The notes: generated by a model from the letters alone, not told the origin. 64,000 nucleotides of DNA from Candidatus Latescibacterota bacterium (GCA_965261395.1 OZ253462.1:6336001-6400000); one strand, 5' to 3'. Shown: positions 1-10,235, numbered from the stretch's first letter. Translations and numbers: made by a program.

Positions 1-414
1 GGGCGCTCCAAGGCGCGTCACCAGCACCATGCCGTCGCTGGGCCGGCAGTCGAGCACCCACTCGCCGGCTGGGGTCTCAATGTACAAGTTGGCGTGAAAG
101 GTATTGTCCTTGATGCTGTGGACGACGAGGTGCATCACCTCCCCTTGTAGCTTCTCCAGCATCGCTTCCAACAGATCGTACGCGAGCGGGCGCGGGAAAT
201 CCTCGTCCCGCATGGCCCCAACTAACGCCCGCGCCTCGCAGTGGCCGATGATGATGGGTAACGGCGGCACATCGTCCCCTTTGAGCACGACAGCCACCCC
301 ATCGGCACCCAAGTCTCGCACACCGACAATTTGGGCGGGGATGAGGTCAACCGGGGGCTCTCGGCCACAGGCTGCCAGCGCAAGGGCCGCCAAGACCACG
401 AGGAGCTGTTTCAT
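1..414 (-). CDS. Bifunctional nuclease family (DUF151) protein with N-terminal lipoprotein signal; runs off the window start
   Basis: Manual translation, not in the ORF track: MKQLLVVLAALALAACGREP...LPIIIGHCEARAL...RPLAYDLL...IKDNTFHANL...DCRPSDGMVL. Matches the DUF151 motifs LPIxIG, RPLxxDL and DxRPSD; lipobox LAAC. Confidence 0.8.
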   Translation of the reverse strand, partial: MKQLLVVLAALALAACGREPPVDLIPAQIVGVRDLGADGVAVVLKGDDVPPLPIIIGHCEARALVGAMRDEDFPRPLAYDLLEAMLEKLQGEVMHLVVHSIKDNTFHANLYIETPAGEWVLDCRPSDGMVLVTRLGAP

Positions 415-604
415 TATATCGCTCCTGTTTCGGTTTGAGTCTTTTGCACACGGCCAATTATAGGGGCTGTGGCCACGGCCTGCAAAGGTGAACGGGACGC
501 AGATTGTAAAGTTGGAGCATACACTCAATAGCAGGATCATTTTCGGCCTATTGATGGAGCGCTTTACGGCAGTTCCCGCGGTGGTGGTGCTTGCACAGGA
601 GTTC

Positions 605-682
605 AATTACTAATTCAGTATTAATTAGTAATTCATTGACACTACTCCTTTCCTATTGCTAATTTAGTATTAATTAGTAATT
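605..682. promoter_or_regulatory. Two AT-rich 11-7-11 palindromes upstream of the Fic gene, with a TTGACA between them
   Basis: AATTACTAATT-cagtatt-AATTAGTAATT (605-633, perfect) and TATTGCTAATT-tagtatt-AATTAGTAATT (654-682); TTGACA at 636-641. Confidence 0.7.
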
Positions 683-723
683 CATTAGTATTAACTCCTA
701 ATTTACCTATAATTGACTTTCCC

Positions 724-2055
724 ATGAATCTCCCTCAGTCCCCTCCCAAGTTCGAAGACCTGATAGCCGAAGTCACGCCGGAGCGGGTAATTCAGCTTGC
801 CAGCCATATGCGGACTGGCGCAGGACACTACCTGCATTGGGATAAAGTCCGGTATCGCTCGCCGCCCGAGAACTTTTCCCACCGCGAGTGGTGGCTGGCG
901 TTGAAGATCTTTCGCATCAACGCGCTGCAACCGATCAGCCTCAAAGACAAGGAAGGAAGGCCGTTCCAGTTTGCCGTGCCAGAGGGAGTCTTGCAGGAGT
1001 TACACCAGATTGATTTGGGCACGGGCGGGCTGGTGAGCATACCGGAACCCATTGTCAATCCCCAGACTCGCGACCGCTATTTGGTGCGTTCACTGATGGA
1101 AGAAGCCATCACTTCTAGCCAGCTCGAAGGTGCGGCGACCACGCGCAAAGTAGCCAAAGACATGATCCGCACGGGCCGCCGCCCGCGCGATACGAGCGAG
1201 CAGATGATCCTAAACAACTATCTGACTATGCAACGCATCCGGGAGTTAAAATCCTCGGCCCTCTCGCCGGAGCTTGTGTTGGAGATCCACCGTCTGATCA
1301 CCGACAAGACCCTAGAGGAACCGACCGCAGCAGGTCGTTTCCGCAGGCCCGATGAGCGATGCGTCGTCGGCGATGATTTCGGCCAAATCTTTCACGACCC
1401 GCCGCCCGCTAGTGAGCTGGCGGAGCGGATGAACGCCATGTGTGATTTTGCCAATGCCGAAACCCCAGCCCATTTCATTCATCCGGCTGTGCGGGCCATA
1501 ATTTTGCACTTCTGGTTGGCTTACGATCATCCATTTGTCGATGGCAACGGGCGGACCGCAAGGGCGCTTTTCTACTGGTCCATGCTGCGGAGCGGCTATT
1601 GGATCTTCGAGTTTATTTCGATCTCGACTATCCTGCGAAAGGCACCGGTGCAATACGGTCGTTCGTTTTTGTACACAGAGACGGACGACAACGACTTGAC
1701 TTACTTTTTGGTTGCCCAGACCGAGGTAATTTCTCAAGCCATAGGCGAGCTACACCGCTATATCGAGAGAAAAGCGGCCCAACTGCGCCAAGCAGAGCAG
1801 GACATTCAGGCACTTGCGTTGTTCAATCACCGGCAGGTCGCACTCATCCGCCACGCCCTGAGCAATCCAGGGCAACGCTATACCATCGCCAGCCACCAAC
1901 AAAGCCACGCCATCGCCTATCAGACAGCGCGAACCGATTTATTGGACCTCGCCAAACGCGGCGTCCTCGAAATGGGCAAAAAGGGCCGGGCCATGATATT
2001 CGTCGCCCCTACGGACATGGCCGAGCGGTTGGCGGCCTTGGAAAAGCAGTCCTAA
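724..2055 (+). CDS. Fic family protein with C-terminal winged HTH
   Basis: Canonical Fic motif HPFVDGNGRTAR; N-terminal SSQLEG inhibitory-helix-like motif; C-terminal YQTARTDLLDL HTH. Confidence 0.92.
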   Translation: MNLPQSPPKFEDLIAEVTPERVIQLASHMRTGAGHYLHWDKVRYRSPPENFSHREWWLALKIFRINALQPISLKDKEGRPFQFAVPEGVLQELHQIDLGTGGLVSIPEPIVNPQTRDRYLVRSLMEEAITSSQLEGAATTRKVAKDMIRTGRRPRDTSEQMILNNYLTMQRIRELKSSALSPELVLEIHRLITDKTLEEPTAAGRFRRPDERCVVGDDFGQIFHDPPPASELAERMNAMCDFANAETPAHFIHPAVRAIILHFWLAYDHPFVDGNGRTARALFYWSMLRSGYWIFEFISISTILRKAPVQYGRSFLYTETDDNDLTYFLVAQTEVISQAIGELHRYIERKAAQLRQAEQDIQALALFNHRQVALIRHALSNPGQRYTIASHQQSHAIAYQTARTDLLDLAKRGVLEMGKKGRAMIFVAPTDMAERLAALEKQS

Positions 2056-2179
2056 CGCGCCGAGAACCTGTACTCCGTCACTGACCGATAGACCTACATG
2101 CCTAGCTCGGCCGTGTACACTTCCATCATCTGCCCGCTCTCCGGTTCGTACACTTCCGCCACCTCCCCGACCGACAAAA

Positions 2180-2278
2180 GTGAACGGGACGCTATGGTAG
2201 TCCCTCGACAGTGATGCTCGCACGGACGTTTAATTGCTAATTCAATATTAGCTAGTAATTCATTGACATTACACCTTT
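2180..2278 (+). repeat. Diverged direct repeat of the Fic upstream region (488-500 plus about 559-650), including a third palindrome
   Basis: GTGAACGGGACGC at both 488 and 2180; AATTGCTAATT-caatatt-AGCTAGTAATT-cattgac at 2232-2267 matches 605-640. Confidence 0.8.
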
Positions 2279-2365
2279 AGGCGGCAGCGGCACAAAAAAA
2301 TAAACCCGCACGGGAATGAATAGAATCAATCGATGGTCTAATGGGGCGACTACTAATTCTGAATC

Positions 2366-2415
2366 AGAACTGACCAGTCAGTTCTATTGACAAAGATCGA
2401 AGCCTCATCTATACT
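2366..2415 (+). promoter_or_regulatory. Sigma70 promoter of the RND operon with an adjacent TetR-type operator
   Basis: Perfect palindrome AGAACTGAC-ca-GTCAGTTCT (2366-2385), then TTGACA (2387-2392), a 17-nt spacer and TATACT (2410-2415). Confidence 0.8.
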
Positions 2416-2483
2416 CTCTTGACGACACACGCCAAAGAAAGGAACCCCGTGGACAAAACACTCATAACTAGGGCCTGCTCCAG

Positions 2484-3749
2484 ATGACAGCTCGCCAATA
2501 TGCGCTGTACATCGGCAGCGTCTTGCTCCTCGCACTAGGCTGCGGCGACGAGGAAGACGCCCAGCAACCCGGCGGCATGCGCGGCGGTTGGGGCGGACGC
2601 GAAGCGGCGGCCATTCCGGTCAAAGGCGAAAAGGTCACTCGCGGCGACATGAGCGCCTACATCGAGACCTATGCCCGCCTCGAAGCCGAGCGCCAAGTCA
2701 GCGTCTTGGCGCGCACGACCGGCTTACTCGAGGAACTCGCGGCCGAAGAGGGCGACCAGGTGCGCCAAGGCCAAGCGATGATCCGCCTCAACAAGGACGA
2801 ACTAAGCCTAAACTTGCGCCAAGCCGAACAGGCTTTTGCCGACGCCAGCACCAACTACGACCGCATCAAGACGCTATACGAGAGCAGCATGGTCAGCCAA
2901 TCCGAATACGATACGGCCCACCTCCGCTTGGACAACGCCAAGATCTCCCTCGAAGAAGCCCAGCTCAATCTCGCGTACGCAGACGTTACCGCGCCGATTG
3001 CCGGCGTCGTCACCCAGCGGTTGGTCGAAGTAGGTGACTTAGTGCGCGGCAATCAAGAAGTTTTCGTCATCGCCGACCTCCACCCGCTGCTGGTGAAAAT
3101 TTTCGCGCCCGAGCAGCGCATGTACCAGTTACACTCCGGCCAAGAGGCTACTATCGTGGTCGAGGCCCTGCCCGACACGAGCTTCCGCGGCCGCATCCGC
3201 ATGATTAGCCCAGAGGTCAATCCCGCCAGCGGCACCATCAAAGTCACCCTCGAAGTCGCCAGCGACGGCGTCCTCAAACCGGGGATGTTCGCCACGGTGC
3301 GCATTATTACCGAGCAACGGCCCCAGACCTTGGTCGTCCCCAAGAAGGCCCTAATCCTCGAAACCGACGAGGACGACGTCTTCCTCATCGAAGCCGACAA
3401 GGTGCGCCGGGTCTCCGTCGAACTGGGCTTAGTCGAGGGCGATCAAGTCGAGATCGTCTCCGGCCTCAAAGAAGGCGACCAAGTAGTGACCATTGGCCAC
3501 GAGGGCCTCAAGGATGGTGCAGCCGTGCGGATGGCCGGCGAGGGCCTAACGCCCCCGGCGGAGTTGGCCAGCGCACCTCCAAGCGAAGGCTCCCCCCCAC
3601 CCGGGGCTAGGGGCGGCCTGCCCGACAGCTTGCGCCAAATCGTGGCCGAGTACCGCCGCGCGGGCAAGCCCCTGCCCGACAGCTTGCGCCAACGTCTGAG
3701 CGCATTGCGCGAGCAGGGCGGTGGGCGGCGGCAAGGTAGGGGCGAGTGA
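2484..3749 (+). CDS. RND efflux periplasmic adaptor (membrane fusion protein), lipoprotein
   Basis: Lipobox LALGC; APIAGVV, VEVGDLV and LKPGMFA motifs; directly upstream of two RND permeases. Confidence 0.93.
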   Translation: MTARQYALYIGSVLLLALGCGDEEDAQQPGGMRGGWGGREAAAIPVKGEKVTRGDMSAYIETYARLEAERQVSVLARTTGLLEELAAEEGDQVRQGQAMIRLNKDELSLNLRQAEQAFADASTNYDRIKTLYESSMVSQSEYDTAHLRLDNAKISLEEAQLNLAYADVTAPIAGVVTQRLVEVGDLVRGNQEVFVIADLHPLLVKIFAPEQRMYQLHSGQEATIVVEALPDTSFRGRIRMISPEVNPASGTIKVTLEVASDGVLKPGMFATVRIITEQRPQTLVVPKKALILETDEDDVFLIEADKVRRVSVELGLVEGDQVEIVSGLKEGDQVVTIGHEGLKDGAAVRMAGEGLTPPAELASAPPSEGSPPPGARGGLPDSLRQIVAEYRRAGKPLPDSLRQRLSALREQGGGRRQGRGE

Positions 3750-6700
3750 AACTAGTCGAATTTTCCACCCGCCGCCGCGTCACAGTGGCGATGCTCATGG
3801 TGGCGATCATCGTCTTTGGCGGTGTGGGTTTTTCGCGCCTAGCCGTCAACCTCCTCCCCGACATCACCTATCCCACCATCACCGTCCGCACCGAATACGA
3901 GGGCGTGGCCCCCCTCGAAATCGAGCGCCTCATTTCCGAGCCGGTCGAAGGCTTGGTCGGCGTGGTCAGCAACGTGGTCCGCGTTTCGTCGATCTCGCGG
4001 CCGGGCATCTCCGATGTGGTTGTCGAATTCGGCTGGGGCACCAACATGGACTTTGCCTCGCTCGACATCCGCGAAAAGCTCGATTTGGCCAACCTGCCGC
4101 GCGACGCTGGCAAGCCTATCCTCTTGCGCTTCGACCCCTCGCTCGACCCCGTAATGCGCTTGGCGTTTTACGGCAAGTTGAGCCTGATGGAGATGCGGCG
4201 CGTCGCCGAAGAGCGGCTGCGCCCCGATCTCGAAAGCCTCGAAGGCGTGGCCGCGGTCAGGATCAACGGCGGCCTAGAGGAAGAGATCCAAGTCGAGGTC
4301 GAAACCCAGCGCCTGGCTCACCTCGGCATCTCCATTAGTCAGGTCACCAGCCGCCTCGCCGCGGAAAACGTCAACCTGACCGGCGGAATGCTCAAGGATG
4401 GCGAGGCCGAGTTCCTCGTCAGGACCCTCAACGAGTTCCAAGGCATCGACGAGATCGGCGAGATCATCGTCGGCCAGATCGACCGCGCTCCGATCAAGCT
4501 CAAGGACGTCGGTCGCGTCTTCCGCGGCCACCGCGAGCGCGACCTTGTCACCCGTATCAACGGCCGCGAAGGCGTCGAGGTCTCGGTCTTCAAGGAAGGC
4601 GACGCCAACACCGTCCAAGTCAGCGCGGCGGTACAGGAGCGCTTGGACGAATTTCTCGCCGAAAACGCCTCGCTGCTCCAAGACAGCGGCATGGAGGTCG
4701 TCTTCAACCAAGCGACCTTTATCCAGCAGGCCGTTGACGAGGTGCTCAACACCGCCATCATCGGCGGCATCCTCGCCATCGTCGTGCTGTTCCTCTTCCT
4801 CCGCGACCTCAAAAGCACGGCCATCATCGGCCTGTCAATCCCCCTCTCGGTGGTGGCGACCTTTTTCCTGATGTTCGGCTCGGACGTAAGCCTCAATATC
4901 ATGTCGCTGGGCGGGCTGGCTTTGGGGGTCGGGATGCTGGTTGACAACTCGATTGTGGTCTTGGAAAGCGTGCAGCGCTACCGCGCACAGGGGCTTAGTG
5001 CCTTGGCCGCGGCCGTGCGCGGTGCCAGTGAAGTCGGCCGCGCCGTCATCGCCGCCACCACCACCACCATCTGCGTTTTTCTGCCCATCGTCTTCGTCGA
5101 AGGCGTCGCCGGCCAGCTCTTCCGCGACCAAGCGCTGACCGTCACCTATTCGCTGGTTGCCTCCCTCGTGGTGGCGCTAATGCTGATCCCCATGCTCTCG
5201 TCGCTGAGCCTCGAGCGCATGATCTCCGAGGCCGACGAGACCGGCCCCAAACGCGGCGTCAAAGGGCCCGCATTCCTCATCGACCTGATCCGCACCGCAG
5301 CCCGCGGGGCTGGCCGCGTCTTTTCCGTCCTGCTCTTTCCGCTGTACTGGCTCTTCGACCTCGTCTTTAACGCGCTCAACAAAATATACCCGCTCCTTTT
5401 GAGCTGGGCGCTGCGCCGCCGCCTGCTGGTCCTCGCCATCTTTATCGCCCTGGGGGCCTTGGTCCTCGAGCGGGCGCGCAGCCTAGGGCTGGAGCTGATC
5501 CCGGAGATGAGCCAAGGCGAATTCCTCGTCGATTTGGAATGGCGCGCTGGCACCCCGCTGGAGCAGACCGCCGTCCAAGTCGCCGCCATTGACGGACAGA
5601 TCCGCGGTCTCGATGGAATCGCCTCGGTCTTTGCCCTCGTCGGCAGCAGTGGCCAGACCGGCGGCACGGCCGCGGACAAAAAGGAGCACACCGCCAACCT
5701 CCACGTGCGGCTCGCGCCGGCGGCCAGCGAAGACGCGGCCATCGAAGCGGCCCGCGGCCTCCTCGGGGACATTCCCGACCTGAAGTTCAAATTCTCGCGG
5801 CCGAGTTATTTCTCCTTCCGCACTCCGATAGAGGTGGAAATCAGCGGCTACAGTCTGAGCACCCTCGATCTGTTGGCCGATCAAGCGGTTGAGCGTCTGC
5901 ACACCATCCCCGGACTGACCGACATCCGCTCGAGCACGGCCGGCGGCCAACCCGAAGTCCAGATCGTCTTCGACCGCCGGCGCGTCGCCGAGCTGGGCAC
6001 CACCCTGCAGAATATCGGCGAGCTGTTGCGCAACAAGCTGCAAGGCGATGTCGCCACCGAGCTAGCGCGCCGCGACCGCAAGGTCGATATCCGGGTGCGC
6101 GCCCTCGACGAGGAGCGCCAGACCGTTGCCGACCTCAAGCGCATGGTCGTCAGCCCGGCCTCCTACCCCGTGCCGGTCGCGCTAGAATCGGTCGCCGAAG
6201 TACAGGCCGTGGACGGCCCTGCCGAGATTCGCCGCCTCGATCAAGAGCGCGTCGCCGTCATCTCGGCCAACCTCGACGGACGCGATCTGGGCGGCGTAGT
6301 AGAGGAGATTGAAGCCACCCTTGCCGACTTGCCCCTGCCCGAGGGCTTCAGGGTGGCCATCGGTGGCCAGAACGAAGAGATGGTGCGCTCCTTCGACAGC
6401 ATGCAATTCGCCCTGCTACTGGCCGTATTCTTGGTCTATCTGGTAATGGCCTCGCAGTTTGAATCGCTTTTGCATCCGCTGGTCATCATGTTCACCATTC
6501 CCTTGGGGCTAATCGGCAGCGCCCTCGGCCTACTCGCGACGGGCACCACCATCAGCGTGGTGGTGCTCATTGGCCTGATCATGCTCGCCGGCATTGTCGT
6601 CAACAATGCCATCGTCCTCGTCGATTATATCAATCATCTGCGCCGCAATGAGGGGATGGAAAAATTCGTCGCCGTGCTGCGCGCTGGCGAGGTGCGCTTC

Positions 6701-6886
6701 CGGCCAATCCTAATGACGACCTCGACCACCGTCCTCGGGCTGTTGCCCATGGCCCTAGGGCTGGGCGAGGGCTCCGAGATCCGCGCGCCTATGGCCATTA
6801 CCGTCATCGGCGGGCTTTTGGTATCCACCCTGCTGACCCTGGTACTCATTCCGGTGGTCTATACCCTGATGGATCGCAGCGCTTAG
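3746..6886 (+). CDS. RND efflux permease (AcrB/AcrD/AcrF family)
   Basis: 1046 aa; GMLVDNSIVVLE, GIVVNNAIVLVD and RFRPILMT motifs. Confidence 0.95.
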   Translation: MKLVEFSTRRRVTVAMLMVAIIVFGGVGFSRLAVNLLPDITYPTITVRTEYEGVAPLEIERLISEPVEGLVGVVSNVVRVSSISRPGISDVVVEFGWGTNMDFASLDIREKLDLANLPRDAGKPILLRFDPSLDPVMRLAFYGKLSLMEMRRVAEERLRPDLESLEGVAAVRINGGLEEEIQVEVETQRLAHLGISISQVTSRLAAENVNLTGGMLKDGEAEFLVRTLNEFQGIDEIGEIIVGQIDRAPIKLKDVGRVFRGHRERDLVTRINGREGVEVSVFKEGDANTVQVSAAVQERLDEFLAENASLLQDSGMEVVFNQATFIQQAVDEVLNTAIIGGILAIVVLFLFLRDLKSTAIIGLSIPLSVVATFFLMFGSDVSLNIMSLGGLALGVGMLVDNSIVVLESVQRYRAQGLSALAAAVRGASEVGRAVIAATTTTICVFLPIVFVEGVAGQLFRDQALTVTYSLVASLVVALMLIPMLSSLSLERMISEADETGPKRGVKGPAFLIDLIRTAARGAGRVFSVLLFPLYWLFDLVFNALNKIYPLLLSWALRRRLLVLAIFIALGALVLERARSLGLELIPEMSQGEFLVDLEWRAGTPLEQTAVQVAAIDGQIRGLDGIASVFALVGSSGQTGGTAADKKEHTANLHVRLAPAASEDAAIEAARGLLGDIPDLKFKFSRPSYFSFRTPIEVEISGYSLSTLDLLADQAVERLHTIPGLTDIRSSTAGGQPEVQIVFDRRRVAELGTTLQNIGELLRNKLQGDVATELARRDRKVDIRVRALDEERQTVADLKRMVVSPASYPVPVALESVAEVQAVDGPAEIRRLDQERVAVISANLDGRDLGGVVEEIEATLADLPLPEGFRVAIGGQNEEMVRSFDSMQFALLLAVFLVYLVMASQFESLLHPLVIMFTIPLGLIGSALGLLATGTTISVVVLIGLIMLAGIVVNNAIVLVDYINHLRRNEGMEKFVAVLRAGEVRFRPILMTTSTTVLGLLPMALGLGEGSEIRAPMAITVIGGLLVSTLLTLVLIPVVYTLMDRSA

Positions 6887-6896
6887 GAGGTTGGTT

Positions 6897-9800
6897 ATGA
6901 CCCTGTCTGAATTCTCGCTCAAACGACCCGTGACCACCCTGATGATCACCTTGTGCGCCTTGGTGGTGGGTGTCGTCGCCTTAGACCGCTTGCCCATGGA
7001 GCAGTTGCCGACCATTTCCTCTTCGGGGATCACGGCCCGAGTCCAGTACAACAATTCCTCTCCCGAAGAGATCGAGCGCTCGGTGACCTTGCCACTGGAG
7101 CAGACGCTGGGCACGCTCAACAATATCGACCGCATGAGTGCGAGTTCGGGGCGCAATCAGGGCCAGGTGCGGGTGGACTTCAAGGCCGGCACCGACATGG
7201 ATTTGGCCAACATGGAGATGCGCGAAAAACTCGACCAAGCCCGCGCCCTCCTGCCCCCGGACGTCGATCGCGTCAGCCTGCGCCGCTGGCAGTCCGACCA
7301 GCGCGCCGTCGTGGACGCCGATCTGGCTTGGCGCGGCGACGGCGACCGCCTGCTCGACATAATCCAGAAGGTCATCGAGCCGAGGATATTGCGGCTCAAT
7401 GGCGTCGCCAACGTGGCCCTTGACGACTTCGAGGAGAAACAGCTCATCGTCGAGCTGGACCAGGAGCGCTTGCAGACTCACAATATATCGCTGCCTTCGC
7501 TCGGCTGGCAGCTCAACCAGAACAACATCAACATTTCTCTGGGCCGAGTCATGGACGGCGACCAGCGCTACATGGCTCGCGCCGTCGGCGAGTTCACCCG
7601 CGCCGAGGATATTGCCACCATGCCGCTTTTGGGCGGTCAGTTCCGCCTCAGCGACATCGGTGAGATCAACTACGGCTTCCCCGAAAAGCGCCGCTACGAG
7701 CGGCTCAACGGCGTCGATGCGCTGGAGCTAGAAGTTTTCAAAGCCTCTACCGCCAATGTCATCGATGTCGGCGAGGCCATCGTCGCTGAGTTGAAGGCGA
7801 TTGAGGCCGAATACGATGGCAAACTCGAAATCGCCATCGTCCGCAACCGCGCCGAGTCGGTGCTCCAAGAAGCCGGCACGCTCGTCAATTCGGCGCTGCT
7901 GGGCGCGTTTTTGGCAATGATTATCATCTTCGTCTTCCTGCGCAACATCCGCTCGACCATTGTCATCGCCCTCGCCATCCCCGCCTCGGCGCTGTGCGTC
8001 TTTATCGGCATGTACGTCGCCCGCGAGGTCTTTGAATCGACCATCACCCTCAACATGGTCTCGATGATGGGGCTGATGCTGGCAGTGGGGATGTTAGTCG
8101 ATCCGGCGGTGGTGGTGCTGGAGAGCATTTTCCGCCGCCGCCAAGAAGACGGCCTCGAAGCTGATGAGGCTGCCCGCGTCGGCAGCCGCGAAGTAGGCAT
8201 GGCGGTGCTAGCCTCGGCGCTGACGACGATCTGCGTCTTCGTGCCTTTCTTCTTTCTTTCCGATGGTCGCTCGGCCGCGTGGATGAAGGACGCCGGGATC
8301 GCGATATGCCTCGCCGTAGTGGTGTCGATGATCGTCTCGTTGTCGCTGATCCCGCTGGTTTCCTCGCGGCTGTTGCGCGCCGGGGTCGAGCGCTTCGACC
8401 GCTGGCTCAAGCTGCTGGTCGTCGCCATCGTGGTAGGCATTGCCTACTGGCAGATCAGCGACCTTGGCTGGCGAGGGTTGCAGGTTTGGTGGGGCCACTG
8501 GTCCAGGCTGATCGCTATCTCAATCGGTGGGATGCAGTGGCAAACCATCCTCGGCTGCGCGCTCACTGCGCTGGCCGGAGCCGCGCTCGGCTGGTACTGC
8601 TCCCGCCACGGCCTGCGCTCCTCGTACGGCCGCTTGCTCAACTGGACGCTCGACCACCGCTGGGTCGCGCTAGTGGCCACGGTGGCGCTGACCGGCACCG
8701 GCTATTACCTCTACGACCAAATCGAACAGCGCGGCACCCCCTGGACCCCGGAGCGCCGGGTCGATATGTCGGTGGTCATCGACCGCAGCTACAGCCTCGA
8801 TGAGATCCGCGCGCACTTCGACCAGATCGAAGACATCATCTTGGCAAAAAAGGACTCGCTCGACATTGAATCGCTCTCGACGAACTTCCGCCAGCGCCGA
8901 GGCAGCATCCGCGCCTATCTAGTCGATGCCGACGCGGGTAAATTCTCAACTATGGAAGCTGGCAACGCCATCAAGAACCTGCTGCCGGAGAAGGTGGGCT
9001 ACACGTACAAAATGGGCCGCTCGCGCAGTTGGTCGGGCAACCAACTTGGCGTCGAAGTCCAACTCCACGGCCGCAACCCAGAAGTCCTAGCAGTGCTAAT
9101 GGAGGACGTCAAAGCCGGTCTCGAACAGCTACCCGGGGTCCAAGACGTCGATAGCAGCCTCGAAGACGGCGAGGAGGAAGTCCGCGTCGAAATCAACCGC
9201 GCCCAAGCACTCAGCTATGGGCTGTCGCCGCGCGAGGTGGCCCAGGGCATCTCTTCAGCCTTGGGCACCCGTCGCACTAGCGGCTTCAAAAGCGACGACC
9301 GCGAAATCGACATCGTCATGCAGCTCAACGAGGGCGACCGCGCCACCCTAGACCAGCTCAAAAACAGCCGCTACGAGACCCGCGACGGCAACTCGGTCCA
9401 GCTAGCGTCGTTGGCCAACTTCCAGCTTAGCCACGGCCCCCGCGATCTCAGACGCGAGAACCGGGTGCTCAACGTCACCGTCTTCGCCAACACCGAAAAC
9501 CGTCAGGCAGCCCGCCTGCTGATCCAGCCGATCACCCAGATGATGGAAGGGATGCAGCTACCCGCCGGCTATAGTTGGGATCTGGGGCGGGCGGCGCGCT
9601 GGCAGCAGCAGGAGGCCAGCGACAACAGCTTCACCGCCATTTTTGCCATCCTGCTAATCTACCTGATTATGGCCTCGCTCTTCGAGTCTCTGATCCATCC
9701 CTTCACCATCATGTTCGCCATCCCCTTTTCCCTGATCGGCGTGGCCTTGGGGCTGTATATCCTCGACGTGCCCTTTGACAACAACGGTGTCTTGGGGCTT

Positions 9801-10169
9801 TTGATCCTCTTCGGCATCGTCGTCAACAACGGCATCGTGCTAATAGCCCATATCAACCACCTGCGAGCGAGCGGGCTGTCGCGGCGCGAGGCGATCTGCC
9901 TCGGCGGGCAGCACCGGCTCCGGCCCATCCTGATGACCGCCTTTACCACCATCCTCAACCTGATGCCGATCGTGCTGCCGATGGTCTATGGCACATCCGA
10001 AGGCTTTGCCCGCCGCTGGGGGCCGGTGGGCTTGGTCGTCGCCAGCGGCTTGGCCACTTCGACGTTGCTGACGCTGATGCTGGCCCCGACCCTCTACTCG
10101 CTGTTGGACGATCTGGCGCTGTGGTGCAAACGGGTGATGCGCGTGTCGCACAGCACGGCCAACGCATGA
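6897..10169 (+). CDS. Second RND efflux permease, with an extra hydrophobic insertion mid-protein
   Basis: GMLVDPAVVVLE, GIVVNNGIVL and RLRPILMT motifs; AGGAGG RBS before ATG 6897. Confidence 0.93.
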   Translation: MTLSEFSLKRPVTTLMITLCALVVGVVALDRLPMEQLPTISSSGITARVQYNNSSPEEIERSVTLPLEQTLGTLNNIDRMSASSGRNQGQVRVDFKAGTDMDLANMEMREKLDQARALLPPDVDRVSLRRWQSDQRAVVDADLAWRGDGDRLLDIIQKVIEPRILRLNGVANVALDDFEEKQLIVELDQERLQTHNISLPSLGWQLNQNNINISLGRVMDGDQRYMARAVGEFTRAEDIATMPLLGGQFRLSDIGEINYGFPEKRRYERLNGVDALELEVFKASTANVIDVGEAIVAELKAIEAEYDGKLEIAIVRNRAESVLQEAGTLVNSALLGAFLAMIIIFVFLRNIRSTIVIALAIPASALCVFIGMYVAREVFESTITLNMVSMMGLMLAVGMLVDPAVVVLESIFRRRQEDGLEADEAARVGSREVGMAVLASALTTICVFVPFFFLSDGRSAAWMKDAGIAICLAVVVSMIVSLSLIPLVSSRLLRAGVERFDRWLKLLVVAIVVGIAYWQISDLGWRGLQVWWGHWSRLIAISIGGMQWQTILGCALTALAGAALGWYCSRHGLRSSYGRLLNWTLDHRWVALVATVALTGTGYYLYDQIEQRGTPWTPERRVDMSVVIDRSYSLDEIRAHFDQIEDIILAKKDSLDIESLSTNFRQRRGSIRAYLVDADAGKFSTMEAGNAIKNLLPEKVGYTYKMGRSRSWSGNQLGVEVQLHGRNPEVLAVLMEDVKAGLEQLPGVQDVDSSLEDGEEEVRVEINRAQALSYGLSPREVAQGISSALGTRRTSGFKSDDREIDIVMQLNEGDRATLDQLKNSRYETRDGNSVQLASLANFQLSHGPRDLRRENRVLNVTVFANTENRQAARLLIQPITQMMEGMQLPAGYSWDLGRAARWQQQEASDNSFTAIFAILLIYLIMASLFESLIHPFTIMFAIPFSLIGVALGLYILDVPFDNNGVLGLLILFGIVVNNGIVLIAHINHLRASGLSRREAICLGGQHRLRPILMTAFTTILNLMPIVLPMVYGTSEGFARRWGPVGLVVASGLATSTLLTLMLAPTLYSLLDDLALWCKRVMRVSHSTANA

Positions 10170-10172
10170 AGA

Positions 10173-10197
10173 TAGGGGCGTCCCTGTGGACGCCCTA
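10173..10197 (+). repeat. GC-rich hairpin after the RND operon (REP-like element or terminator stem)
   Basis: GGGCGTCC-ctgt-GGACGCCC preceded by ATAG; no U-tract. Confidence 0.45.
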
Positions 10198-10235
10198 GGG
10201 ACTGACGCAACGGGTGTCGCGAATAAGGGGTAAGC

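Noticed and set aside
104-463. 119-aa plus-strand ORF
   Set aside because: Antisense to the DUF151 gene.
3616-3693. Duplicated CCTGCCCGACAGCTTGCGCCAA
   Set aside because: A short coding repeat (LPDSLRQ) in the low-complexity tail of the efflux adaptor.
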